From: Schmidtea polychroa
Lineage: Eukaryota
Reading direction: 5' to 3'
Length of the DNA: 64,000 nucleotides
Assembly: GCA_044892525.1 (NCBI GenBank)
Contig: CM097885.1
Location: forward strand, 6,140,001-6,204,000
The notes beneath the pieces were generated by a model. That model made no database searches. It worked only from the letters and a program-made list of their open reading frames with translations, and was not told the DNA's origin. This document shows, one piece after another, positions 1 through 11,242 of the stretch (its first letter is position 1; each line of letters begins with the position of its first letter). The position numbers and the translations under genes were made by a program.

Positions 1-2033
1 TTGCAATCCTAATGAAAAGCAAGACACAAAAGTTATCAGAAAATTCTCAAGTGAAATTTAAAGTAGTAAATATTTTTATTTAATTATTTTTGTCAAATTA
101 GAATGAAAATCAGAATAATACCAACGAAAATATTAAAATAGATAAATCTTTTACTCAGAAAAAAGTAAAAAAGGATAAAAATATACTTACAGATGATGAT
201 ATTAATAAGTATGAAATAACTATCTTAGAGAATAAAATAGAAAATAAAAAATCGCAGGTTATAAAGTCTTCTTTGAAAACTGTGTTAAATTGGAAATTAT
301 TAGGCCAGTGAAGTATTACCTGAATGGATAAGCAATTGTGTTAATATTGAAAATTCTCTTTCAAATTCCAAACCATTATCAGATGAGGTTTATATTTCCA
401 ACGAATTGAAAATTTCATTGGAGAAAATTAAAATCGAAAAATTATTTCCTGGTTCATCTTAATACTCTTCGTAAAATCGTATTTAAATTTGTTCCAGTTC
501 AATATACCGTAATACCTGCCATTCTGAATTCATGGAAGACAATTAATATCTTCAGACCGATAGATATATGCGTTTGTGCTCCAACAGGTAGTGGTAAAAC
601 CCTTGCTTATGTTATCCCCATATTGCAGGTAAATCTAATTTATTAATTAATTCGATACATTTTTTTTGTATTTTATCATTGATATTTTTATTCGGATAGA
701 TAATTAATTATTAAATATAAATTATTTGTAATCGATTCATAATTATTGTTGCATTGATAATAATTATTATATGAACTATCGGGGGGTTTGAGATTGATAA
801 ATATGCTATAAACATGCGCATAACATTGCTGGATTGATAATTAATTTGCTGACAGCTGCTGGTGGAATCATCTGGGCAATCTGACGGCCCTAGGGCAATT
901 GTCATACTACCTATTAGAGATCTAGCCAAGCAAGTCCATCAAGTGTTCCAGAGCGTATCGAAACAGCTGGGCATTAGAAGCGCACTTATTACTGGCCACA
1001 AGAACTTGATCCAGGAACGGAAGGATCTATTTGATCAGTAATATCCCGATAATATATTCCTGTGATTTGATTGGTTGACAGGAAACCACATGTGATTGTG
1101 TGCACGCCAGGCAGACTAGTAGAGCATATCAAGAATTCCGAGCGTCTCAATCTGTCATTCCTTCAGTTACTGGTGATAGACGAGGCCGACCGAGTGCTAG
1201 CAGACCCAAAACACGATTGGTTCATTACACTCACGAAGCATATCAACATGGGGAAAAGATTCAAGGACATCCAATCGAGTTTTACCCAGCACGGATTCCC
1301 CGTCATTCAGAAAGTTCTCCTATCAGCCACATTGACAAGTCAGCCGCATCTCCTCGAGCACTTCGATCTCCACCTGCCGAAACTGTTTGTCATCGGGAAT
1401 AAAATCGCTCAGAAATCAGCAATCGGAGGAGACCTGGGAGAGAATTTCGCTGCTCCCGAAGGATTGAAGGAATATTTCGTTGTGTACAGCAAAGAGTACT
1501 GCAGGATCATTTTCATTGTGGATCAGATATGCCGGCAGAAAATGTCCCACATCCTTTGCTTCACCAATACGAAGGAGAGCGCAACCAGGCTCAATCAGCT
1601 CCTCAATCAATTCGATAATATTCGATCCGCTCATGTTCATTGCGATCAACCGCCACAGGTCCGGGAGAAATTGCGCCGCAGCCTTGAAACCGGGAAAATC
1701 GATATTCTCGTTACCGTGGACTCGATGGGGCGTGGCATGGACTTGTCGGGTGTTCGATGTGTCATCCAGTACGATGTCAGCTCTGATCCCGCTACATATG
1801 TGCATCGGGTTGGGCGAACCTCTCGGGCAGGACAAACCGGAATCGCCTACTGTCTCGTATTGCCGGGTCAGGTTTACCATTTGAAATCGAATCTGATGAA
1901 ATGCGGTCGGGATATCAAGAATTGCAAGTTCTCACAGGGCAAGACATACAGATACATGAATCAGTACAACGCTGCACTGGCCAAATTGCAAGGAGGAACT
2001 GTGGCGGTTGTTGCTGACCATTTGGATGTATGA
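1..2033 (+). CDS. DDX51: DEAD-box RNA helicase, DDX51/Dbp6-like; multi-exon, 5' end not resolved (probably upstream of the window)
   Basis: Spliced reading gives the Q motif (FPVQYTVIP), motif I (CAPTGSGKTLAY, about 575-610), Ia (LPIRDLAKQV), TPGRL, DEAD, SAT and HRVGRTSR. Short GT-AG introns at about 258-303, 452-498 and 1038-1081; a longer one at 629-about 854. The last exon 1082-2033 ends in TGA. The LPEW..N and DICVCAPTGSGKTLAY context fits DDX51. Confidence 0.88.
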
Positions 2034-2143
2034 TGCTCTAATCTGGATTGATATCATGCTTTTATTCATTCAGGACTCTGATTTGGTTTGCTGATCGGCA
2101 AGATTGTTATTGAATATATTTTCTTGTTGAATCAATTTTTATA

Positions 2144-3053
2144 CACCAAACGCCACTGAGATGCATTTCCTATAATATAACAAAAAAATCAATAATCTTA
2201 CATTATAGAAAGATACATACTTACTTTGATTTTACGCTGATGTGTTCATTTAGAGTGCAGTCAGATACATCTTATATTATAGAAATCTGAAAAGTGGAAG
2301 AAAAATAAAAAACTGCACACAAACACAACACATACTAAAAAACACATACAAACTCTTGATTCATCGAAATGCACCGCTGAGATACGTTTCTATAATAATT
2401 CTATTTTAGACAATTTTTGGATAAGAAAAGATCGCTGAAAATTTTTACAAATATATTTTTACTGAAATTTCAAGAGCAGATGAATTTTGTTCAATGTCTT
2501 TCAATCCATATTTGCTTTCCTGAAAGAAGCCCCTCATATTGAGCTCAGAAAAAAAAATTATTTTATTTTTATTATTCGGGGATTTTTCCCAAAATGTTTT
2601 TGAAAAGTACATATTTTTGGTAATTCATTTATTTAATTATAATTAAAAACATATCTAACTCACATTTTTTCGAAAATATTCCAAAATACTTGTCATAAAA
2701 TATCAAAAATCCCTGAAAATTAATTAAAAATAATTTATAATTATAATGTTGACTAAAAGTAATATTTAAGAACTTGAATAATGATCGCATATCTCATATG
2801 GATCAAAATTCAACACTTAAACTTTACTTAAAATTAAATATCTTACCTGAAAGCCATTTCTAAAATGGCTAAAATTAATTTCCAAAAAACATTCCAAAGC
2901 AATTCAGTAAATGATAATATTAATAAATGAATAATAATAAATGTAAATATAAATTGATTAATACAGTACAGTACATGTACAGTAAATTGGTGAGAGAAAT
3001 TGTTCTACACGCCAACCACCACTATAGAAAATGTATCTCAGTGGTGTTTGGTG
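2144..3053. mobile_element. Non-autonomous TIR element (TA-flanked, Tc1/mariner-like MITE)
   Basis: About 30-bp imperfect TIRs: CACCAAACGCCACTGAGATGCATTTCCTATA and TATAGAAAATGTATCTCAGTGGTGTTTGGTG. TA on both sides. An internal partial TIR copy lies near 2370. Confidence 0.65.
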
Positions 3054-3164
3054 TAGCTGCCTTCATTATGTTGTACACCTAACCGCGAAAGTTAACATTG
3101 TCTATAATATACGTTGGTGTGCACACCACCTGAGGTGAGTCACCAATTATATGACAATGTATAT

Positions 3165-3952
3165 CAGCCATGCGCAACCTTTTCAACGCTGTGTGCCGCA
3201 TTAGCAAATTAATTATTGAATGTGGGCGACAGGACAATTACAAAAACTAAAACTCTGAACCACTTATTATTATCACTATATATTAGATGGCAACTTTTTC
3301 ATATCTAGGGTAATATTCATACTTTTACCACGGCATTTAAATTTCTTTGTACACAAATATACGTACTTCCGAATAACTTCCACAAAGCTTCCATAAACTT
3401 CCTTTTTGTAGTAAATATGGAAAGTTTTCTTCAGGAAGGCATCTATAGAAGTTCATTAAATCCCATTCCTTAAATTTGGACTTCAATTCTTCGTTACACT
3501 GAATATCAATAAGCTCAAGTTGGAATTTTGATGTGATGCTTTGAAAGGATTAGCAAATATGTTGAACATTACTTTGTCGCGGTCAAAGTCTTGTTGAATA
3601 TAAATACCATACTGATTACTGTTCATATTGTACTTTTTAAATATTTGATTGCAGTTCAAATAGTGACACGTATTATTGTTGGTAATTTGGGAATGGAACA
3701 ATGATCACTTGATTCGAAAAGCTGACACATCACTATGCAATTTCGTTATTAATTGACATTTTCCTTGAAGTTTTTTGCTCAGATCATTTAAATGGCCACG
3801 ATTCATTTCATATCGGCTTATTTTCTTATGCATTTCAATGTGCATAAATTCACAATTAGTGTACAAAAAATTTATTTTATTTAAAGATACAAATTATAAA
3901 TAAATTAGGGCCGCAGCAAATATAAAATCGGGCCGCGAGTTGTGCATGGCTG
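3165..3952 (-). mobile_element. Internally deleted hAT transposon (GTF2IRD2/SPIN/Buster-like transposase remnant)
   Basis: TIRs CAGCCATGCGCAAC and GTTGTGCATGGCTG. Minus-strand fragments HLNDLSKKLQGK, FNIFANPF and LFGSTYIC are typical of this hAT clade. The TSD is degenerate. Confidence 0.75.
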
Positions 3953-4987
3953 TGTTATATTGTCAAATAAAATCCAACACTATAAAATAATTTATACTAT
4001 TTCCAAGCAATATCGTTTTTAAAGATCCCAAACTGCATATTTACTTCTTAATTTCGATTAATTCGCCTCTTCATTAAGTTTTCCTCTTTTCTGTCTTCGA
4101 CCAAACTGGTTACCAATGTCAATCCTTTTTATAGCTTCCTTGGTATTTCAGTAAAACAATTTTTTAACCTGAAATTTCTTCATGTAGGGATGCTACTATT
4201 CTAGCATAACTTTATAACATATCGTCAAACCCAAACTTGATCGAAGTTCTTTCACACATCTCGGTTTCACTGCTGTAATTAATTTGGTTTCTCACTCCGA
4301 ATTTATTCGTAATTCTGTTTTTTGTATTCTAAAAACTTCTCGTAAATGCTTATAATATTCAGTCTGGTTGGTCAATCTTGAGGTTAATTATCGCGTCTCT
4401 GTGTGCGTTGTTTTTAAAATTGTATATATCTATGTGTGCGCACACTGCCGCGAACAATGTTTTTTGAATTTTTAAAATGTGAAATATCACAACAATTAGA
4501 ATTGGAAATCGATAACAATAAAATAAATATTGACAATAAAGGTTTAATTGTTACAGTGAAGACGATGAAATTCAAACTAATGATGACATTTCAAGCAATA
4601 ACCCAGTAAAACACGAAGAAATTACACCTGAAACTATTTTCTGAAATAAAAGAGACTGAAGAAGATTTATTAATTAAAACAGATCAATGGATGACTGAAC
4701 TATCTAATGAAGCAGAAGAGTATTTGAAATAGATTATTAAAAAGGTGTCAGAAAAGCTCCAATCAAAATCGGAGTTCTAATTCATGATGGATTTATTAAT
4801 GATAATCTAAAAGTCATTTCGATCCAAGTTGATGCATCCTTGCGAACGGATTTGGCAGAATCTACCATCTAGACTCTAGATAAACAATATACCTCTAACA
4901 TCGTGTGCATAAATTGCTGAAACGTTACTGAAGTCGTTGATAATCTAAATGGAAGTCACTTAAAATAAAATTGACTTTCTTTATAAC

Positions 4988-5951
4988 TGTTGGGTTTTAT
5001 GATACCAAAAATCAACCGTTGGTTATTCTGACTCCACGTGTTCCAAAAATTAAATAAACACAACTCCCAACGTATATTTGTTTTATAGAAAATTTACAAT
5101 TCTCACAATTTTCTTACCATTCCCGGTCGAAATCCGCTCTGGAAGGTCTCGACCTTGTACGATTTAAAAAGGTTTCACCTTTTTGTTTGATTTCGCTCTC
5201 TGATCCGAACTCTTTTAATATTCCTTTCCGACTCCTCGATTCCTCTTATAATTCTTTTTTTTCTTTTATTCCATTCTTCGAACTCCTATCGTCTGTTTCT
5301 TCTTCCCTACCTAAGGCTACCGACGATTATGTGAATTTTGAGTTTCCTTATATACTCCCATAATCGTTGTAATTGCCCCATTTTTGACATAATTGGTTTT
5401 GACTTCTTTGGTTATCATTCCCTAATTAGCTACTTCTGTTGACCCTCTTCGTAATTCCCCTTCTTTTGTTTATCCTCGTTTATTCGACTGTTTGGATAAT
5501 TGCCCTCTGAATTCCTCGTTTGCTTACCTTTTCAAATTGCCGTGCTCGGGTTTTCTTCATCGCTCGGGTTCTCCATTGGCTCGGGCTTCCCGTTAGCTCG
5601 GGTTTCCATTAGCCAATTAATTAATTAATTAATATTTTACGTTTTTTCATATTTTTCTGTTTTACGACCCTTTCTAAACATTTTCTAACAATTTCTTGTC
5701 CGCTATATTCTTCACCATCCCATGATCTACCCTTCTCACGTTTTCCAGCTTCCATTTCGATAACTTTTCGCTTTATTCCACTTCCTCAGATTTGCGCATT
5801 TTCCCATTTCGTGTCTGATTGTACCATTTTATAGTTCTGTTTTTACCATATCTTTCTTTGCCATTACTTCTCTGCTTGACCGCCATTCAATTTCGGTTTT
5901 CCTTTTAATCTGAACTATATAATTTAATAATTTACTTTTAAAACCTCAACA
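4988..5951. mobile_element. Solo LTR (Gypsy-type)
   Basis: Begins TGTTG and ends CAACA. Exact 4-bp TSD TAAC at 4984-4987 and 5952-5955. Shares TGACTCCACGTG, CCAACGTATATT and (TTAA)n motifs with related copies in the window. Confidence 0.8.
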
Positions 5952-6786
5952 TAACTAAAAGCTGTTTTTTCTTTTGCGCTACTTTTGCTAATGCCATTTG
6001 ATATTATACTCCTCTTTATTTAATCATTTAATCAATTTTTTAGAATATAAATAATTGAAGAAACCTCACAAAATATTTCTACTCACGAAACAATAAATTG
6101 TAACATTTTCGTCACTTGTCTCTTTTAAAAGTTTGTCTAGCAAAAACCGACTAGCCCAACCATTATGAAGTTTTCATAAATTATCAGCTTGTTTTTTAAA
6201 TGGGGTGGCCACGCACATGTACTATAAATTTTTACGCTGAACATGAATGTGATGGAAACACAAAAAATAATACACAAAATACTTGATAGATCTTTGTTTG
6301 TCTTAGGGAAATTTGCTATTCCCGACCAAAGGCAACCAGTGTTAATAAATTATGTTGATCATTTCATGTGTAAGTAAAAAATAAGAAAATTTGATGGTCT
6401 TTTCTAGGAACACCTTATTTTGATTCAAACTATTATTGTTGAAAGATTTATTCTTAGTAATTATTGTCTAAAAAATCCAATTGGTGGTCAAAATTGTAGA
6501 TTATTTCTTTTATTGAAAAAATTATTAGAATTCTGATTTAACATGTTCTTTAGCGAGCATCCATTAATTACGTCACCTTAAGAAGGAAAAAGGGAGTGTT
6601 CACAAATGGGGCAATAGGGAGAGGGTAAAAGTTCTTAAGATATATACAACAGTAACCTTTGTTACAAATTACACTTTCATTTAAAACCTCATATAAAATT
6701 TCAGAATATTATTTAACTTGTCATTTACAAGAAAATCTAATTTACCACAGATTCCTTTTTAATGCTTTAGTATAATATTTTCTTGA

Positions 6787-7122
6787 CCCCTACAGCACTG
6801 TATCACTCTTCGCTCTTGACAGCATCAATCCCTGATTGCATTAGTCAGTGTCTGGCAATATATGTTTTGACTCGGAATAAAAACATAACAAATATAATTA
6901 ACCATTTGCGATCCGTAAAAAAATGTTACCCACCAGGTTTACCCACAATTGTTTTAATGATTTTTTTTGTATATATGATTTTCTTGAACTAAATTGGGTT
7001 TTTTCAATAAAATTTTATTTCATGACAATCATACAATATAAATAATCATTCAAAAAGACTCGACAAAGGACCTGCTGGAAAAAGTCGATGTCTAGTCAGA
7101 AACGACATAGGCCCGCAAAGGG
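6787..7122. mobile_element. Possible piggyBac-type MITE
   Basis: CCC...GGG termini. The right flank is TTAA and the left flank TTGA (one mismatch). TIR similarity is weak. Confidence 0.4.
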
Positions 7123-7211
7123 TTAATATTATTTTAAAAAAAACATAATTTCAAATTGTATGCATATCGTTATATATTTTATTTTGAGATGTTTGGCTTA
7201 GGCTAATTTTG

Positions 7212-7555
7212 GGTACTTCCGTGTTATCTTACCCCCAAAAATTAAATTATAAAATACAATTAAAATAACAATATAAAAAATGAGAGAATACATTATTGAT
7301 GACGTTATTGAACATTATTGAACATGAGTTTATCTGTAATTTATGTGACTTTATGTGGCGCAAACGTGTTCTAAGCAACAGTGTCGATGTGTTCGACACT
7401 ATTCTCAACAACATTGTGGTTTTCTGGCCACCTGAATGACCATTTACAAACTCTTTACAAACATTTGTTGTAACTGTAATTTAGAAAATAAATATAATAA
7501 TTATATGTGATCTTTTTTATTTTAATTTTTGGGGGTAAGATAACACGGAAGTACC
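7212..7555 (+). mobile_element. Merlin-type MITE / deletion derivative
   Basis: About 35-bp perfect TIR GGTACTTCCGTGTTATCTTACCCCCAAAAATTAAA and 8-bp TSD TAATTTTG. The internal remnant LCDFMWRKR resembles the Merlin/IS1595 C-terminal YL.EF.WR motif. Confidence 0.8.
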
Positions 7556-7759
7556 TAATTTTGTATTTAATAAAATTATTTAGAACTCTTGTAATGGCAT
7601 TTTACAAACATTTTACAAAATTAAATGTTCTGCATATCAAAGCATCGACAAAGAAAAGCAACAAAGTTTTTATATCTTTATATATAATTTCGTGTTTTAA
7701 AAAAATTGGCTTAACATATTTTTAAATTTTATCAACTTTTATTAAATCGTGGTCTAAAC

Positions 7760-8120
7760 CAGAGCTCCGCAACCGGTGTGCCGCGGCGCAATGCCTACCC
7801 GAGAAAAAATATAGGGTTTATGACGGACACGTGCGTTATCCTTATATCTATCTTGTTTACAAATAATTGCGTTGTTGACAAAATATTCGGTCAATAAACA
7901 TGGTTTAAAAAAATTACATTTCAGGTGATTGTTCATATTAGTTATAGTTATAAATTAAAATAGTTGTTAACGGCGATAATAAATTTATCAAATAAAAAAA
8001 AACGTTTTCTGTTTGTGCATTTCTTATCACGTAAATTTTTAAAAATTTTTGTTTGTGGTGTGCCGCGAAATTTTTTTTTCTTTAGGTGTGCCGCGGGTGA
8101 GAAAAGGTTGCGGAGCTCTG
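7760..8120. mobile_element. hAT MITE
   Basis: Perfect 15-bp TIR CAGAGCTCCGCAACC and exact 8-bp TSD GTCTAAAC. Confidence 0.9.
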
Positions 8121-8566
8121 GTCTAAACAATAGTTAAAAAAACAATTCGATTTTATAAATTTCTTCTGACAATAAGGGATGTACCTGGAAGTGGTCTCAT
8201 GAAAAAGGAGAAGGGTCAAACATTATTTACCCTTGGAGATGTCCCTTTTAACTAAACAAAACCCAACACAAAGAAATTTTTAAATGAGACATATAATAAA
8301 ATTTATTTCATTTTAAATAAAACAAATTAAATCATAAATAACATTCAATTGAAAATTTAAGTTTGATTTTACAGATTCATTGCAAGATTATCCGAAAAAT
8401 ATTTAGAATAATTAATGATTATTCTTGCGCATTTATATTATAGAATTTTCATGTGCCGTGTTTGTATGTTTCATTTTGTTTTCTACCCTTTACAAAAGTT
8501 GTATATTTTGCAGAAGTTAAACGGAATTAAAATAAAAAATGAAGATTAAATAATATTTTTATTAAA

Positions 8567-10162
8567 TTATTCGTCAATGTATGCTTCTTGCGGAACATTC
8601 CCGCTTAGATATAATTTTTTATATTCTTCACACGCTATTTCTAGACTTTGGAAATTGATTAGGAAATTCACACACGTAGTCAGGTTCAGTCCACTGAATT
8701 CTTTGAACTTTTTCACGAGTTCAATTTGGTCATTCGATAAATTTTCCAAAGCTTTAGGCACTTTCGGTTCATTTAAAGCTAGCAGTTCCGTTTTATATAC
8801 GGAGTTCAACTTCTTGTTAAATGGCATGAATTGAATAAAATCGGACAGGATAATCCCGTTCATTATTGTCAACGTCCTAGCAAATTGCCTCACTGAGTAA
8901 AGTTTGGATTTTCCAGTTTCTTTTTCAAAAAAACATCCGGTAATGATGATCATCATCGATACCTCCGTCGCGAAAACGACCTCAACATTTACCGAGGGGT
9001 CAACATGTGCCGTTTTAGGAAATTTACCTAAAAATTGAATAATTTCTTCAGTGCCTCTTTTGATTTTGGTTTCGAAGTTCTTCGAAGTTTTTGCGTTGAA
9101 ATTACAACTATGATGTCGGTAAAATTCCAAGGAGTCTCCATGAGTTGCTATTGTTAAAACTGAAATCGGACAGTAAAACTGGGACAACTGGTCTTTGTTA
9201 TCTAGGTCATGAAGGGCTAAAAACTTCAATACAAAATTATATTGTTCAGTTAATTTTGACAGCTCATTTATAGGAGGCAATTGTTTTATTGAACTCCCAG
9301 CAACAATGATATCTGATCCCAATTCATTTTCATTCAGAATCACCAGTGATGGTATCAGTTTTCTCATTTCTTTCTTTAGGTTGATTAAGCCCAACTTTTT
9401 ATCGACTTCATTGCCTGAGATATTTAGGGATTTTATTTGTGAATCTCCCAAACATTTCAAGTTCTTCAATTCATTCAGTCGGTTTTGACTTAAATCCAAT
9501 TTATCAACTTGGATAGCTTCCAAAAAAGGTTTAAGGTTACCAATCCGTTTCAAGTTATTGTTAGAAAGATTCAACAAATTCAATCTCAACAAATTGTTTT
9601 TTTCGAATTCTGATTTCAAAATTTTGAAAATCTGATCAAAGACCCTTGGTTGAGTGAGACTCAGCATTAGGCCGTTGCTTGAGAGAATTTCATCTTCAGA
9701 GAATTTGGATAAATCTAAATCGGCTTTTTGAGTTTCTGGGTTAACTTTACACCGTCTTGATAAAGACATTTCAATGAACTGGATCCATTCACTGGGGAAG
9801 TTGGCCGGAATCCGGATGTCATCGACGCCATGACAATTTAAACCTAAAATACCGAATGTTCCATATTTTTTCATAAAATAATCAAAATCTTCGGTTTGAA
9901 CTTGAATAAACATTTCAACCGAGTCATTATTCAAGTAGCAATTCTTGGGTTTCAGTTGAACTTTTTTTTTCTTATCTTGGTAATAGCAATCTTCAAAGGT
10001 CTTCATACAGGTCTGAACTGAAAATTGTGGAATATTTTTACAAGAAACTTTTATCCATTTCAAGTTAATCTGTTTATGCAATTTTTTCAAATTTATTGTA
10101 AATTTGAGGTTTCCAATCGGTTTTATTTTATTTTGATTTTTTTTCTTATTGCCTTTTACCAT
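8567..10162 (-). CDS. Nuclear RNA export factor (NXF1/TAP family), divergent; one uninterrupted 531-aa ORF
   Basis: LRRs (LNLSNNNL, LDLSQNRL, LNISGNEV), an NTF2-like region (FLGKFPKTAH, RQFARTLTI) and a C-terminal TAP-C/UBA (FKEFSGLNLTTCVNFL...NVPQEAY) in NXF order. An in-frame acceptor-like TTTATTAG sits 12 nt upstream of the ATG, so an upstream exon is possible. Confidence 0.85.
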   Translation of the reverse strand: MVKGNKKKNQNKIKPIGNLKFTINLKKLHKQINLKWIKVSCKNIPQFSVQTCMKTFEDCYYQDKKKKVQLKPKNCYLNNDSVEMFIQVQTEDFDYFMKKYGTFGILGLNCHGVDDIRIPANFPSEWIQFIEMSLSRRCKVNPETQKADLDLSKFSEDEILSSNGLMLSLTQPRVFDQIFKILKSEFEKNNLLRLNLLNLSNNNLKRIGNLKPFLEAIQVDKLDLSQNRLNELKNLKCLGDSQIKSLNISGNEVDKKLGLINLKKEMRKLIPSLVILNENELGSDIIVAGSSIKQLPPINELSKLTEQYNFVLKFLALHDLDNKDQLSQFYCPISVLTIATHGDSLEFYRHHSCNFNAKTSKNFETKIKRGTEEIIQFLGKFPKTAHVDPSVNVEVVFATEVSMMIIITGCFFEKETGKSKLYSVRQFARTLTIMNGIILSDFIQFMPFNKKLNSVYKTELLALNEPKVPKALENLSNDQIELVKKFKEFSGLNLTTCVNFLINFQSLEIACEEYKKLYLSGNVPQEAYIDE

Positions 10163-10888
10163 TGTTGAAAAATCCTAATAAAAATTTTAAAATTTAAACA
10201 AAATTTCGTCAAATGTAGCAAAAAGTAGATTTGTGATTAATTTTTTAATTACATTTCTGTCTATTAGTATAACCTTGAAATTTAATAATGTTTTAATTTA
10301 AATAAAATTTTAATTTGATTATGTTAATTCTATATTTTTTAGAGGCCGTGAAATTTTTTTGCAAAAAGGCAAAATCGCATTTCTTCTAAAGTTGAATAAA
10401 AATTGGTTTTTACGAAATTCAACAAATTATTTCCCTGTTCTTCTGAAATAATTTGATTTGTGCCACTTTTTCCCTTTGCTAATTTCTGCATATTTTTTAT
10501 ATTTATAAATTATTGATATAATCGAATTTTTGGGGATTTCAAGTAATTTTCCAAATTCTTTGTAATTTTCCCCATTCTCAAAGGCCGAATTTTGTCATTT
10601 TCTCTAATTCTATGAAGATATTAATTTGTCAAAATAATTTATTAAAATTTACGATTTTCAATTTTTTTCTGCCAATTCAAATATGTCGAAGGACCTTCTT
10701 CAATAGTTGAAATGCTACCTTCACACAAAGGCAGCGCTTGATAAGACATATCTGTTATACTGTAAAATATTTTAATTTTTTGTAATTTAATAAATAAATC
10801 TTACATTGTCAGATCTTATGTCAAATTTCGGAATATTACACCAAAATCCGAAATATAAAAGTTTCTATAAACTAAAAAAATCGATAAA

Positions 10889-10972
10889 ATTATATTATAG
10901 GAACACACAAACTTACCTATGTGTAAAAATTTATATTATAGGAACACACAAACTTACCTATGTGTAAAAATT
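10889..10972. repeat. Tandem duplication of a unit of about 41 bp
   Basis: TTATATTATAGGAACACACAAACTTACCTATGTGTAAAAAT occurs twice in succession. Confidence 0.85.
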
Positions 10973-11242
10973 TAATGTTCCGAAAGTTAAAAGTAATTAA
11001 CATATTGTTAACATATCATTATTTTTAATATATTAAAAATTCATGGGGGAAAAAATTTTAGATTTTGAATCTGACAGCTCTACTTTGAACTTTCGAGAAA
11101 AGGACGACCAAACATCGTAATATCTATTTATAAAATATTTTTGAAGTTAATATTTCTTTAGATTTTCAGTTATTTCTCTGGAAACGCTACCTTTTTGCGA
11201 AGGTGAAGAATTGACAATGTAAGAATTTTTTCATTTAATATA

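Noticed and set aside
1100..1884. Alternative-frame and antisense ORFs over DDX51 (similarly over NXF, Gypsy pol and pPolB)
   Set aside because: They are shadows of real coding sequence with no motifs of their own.
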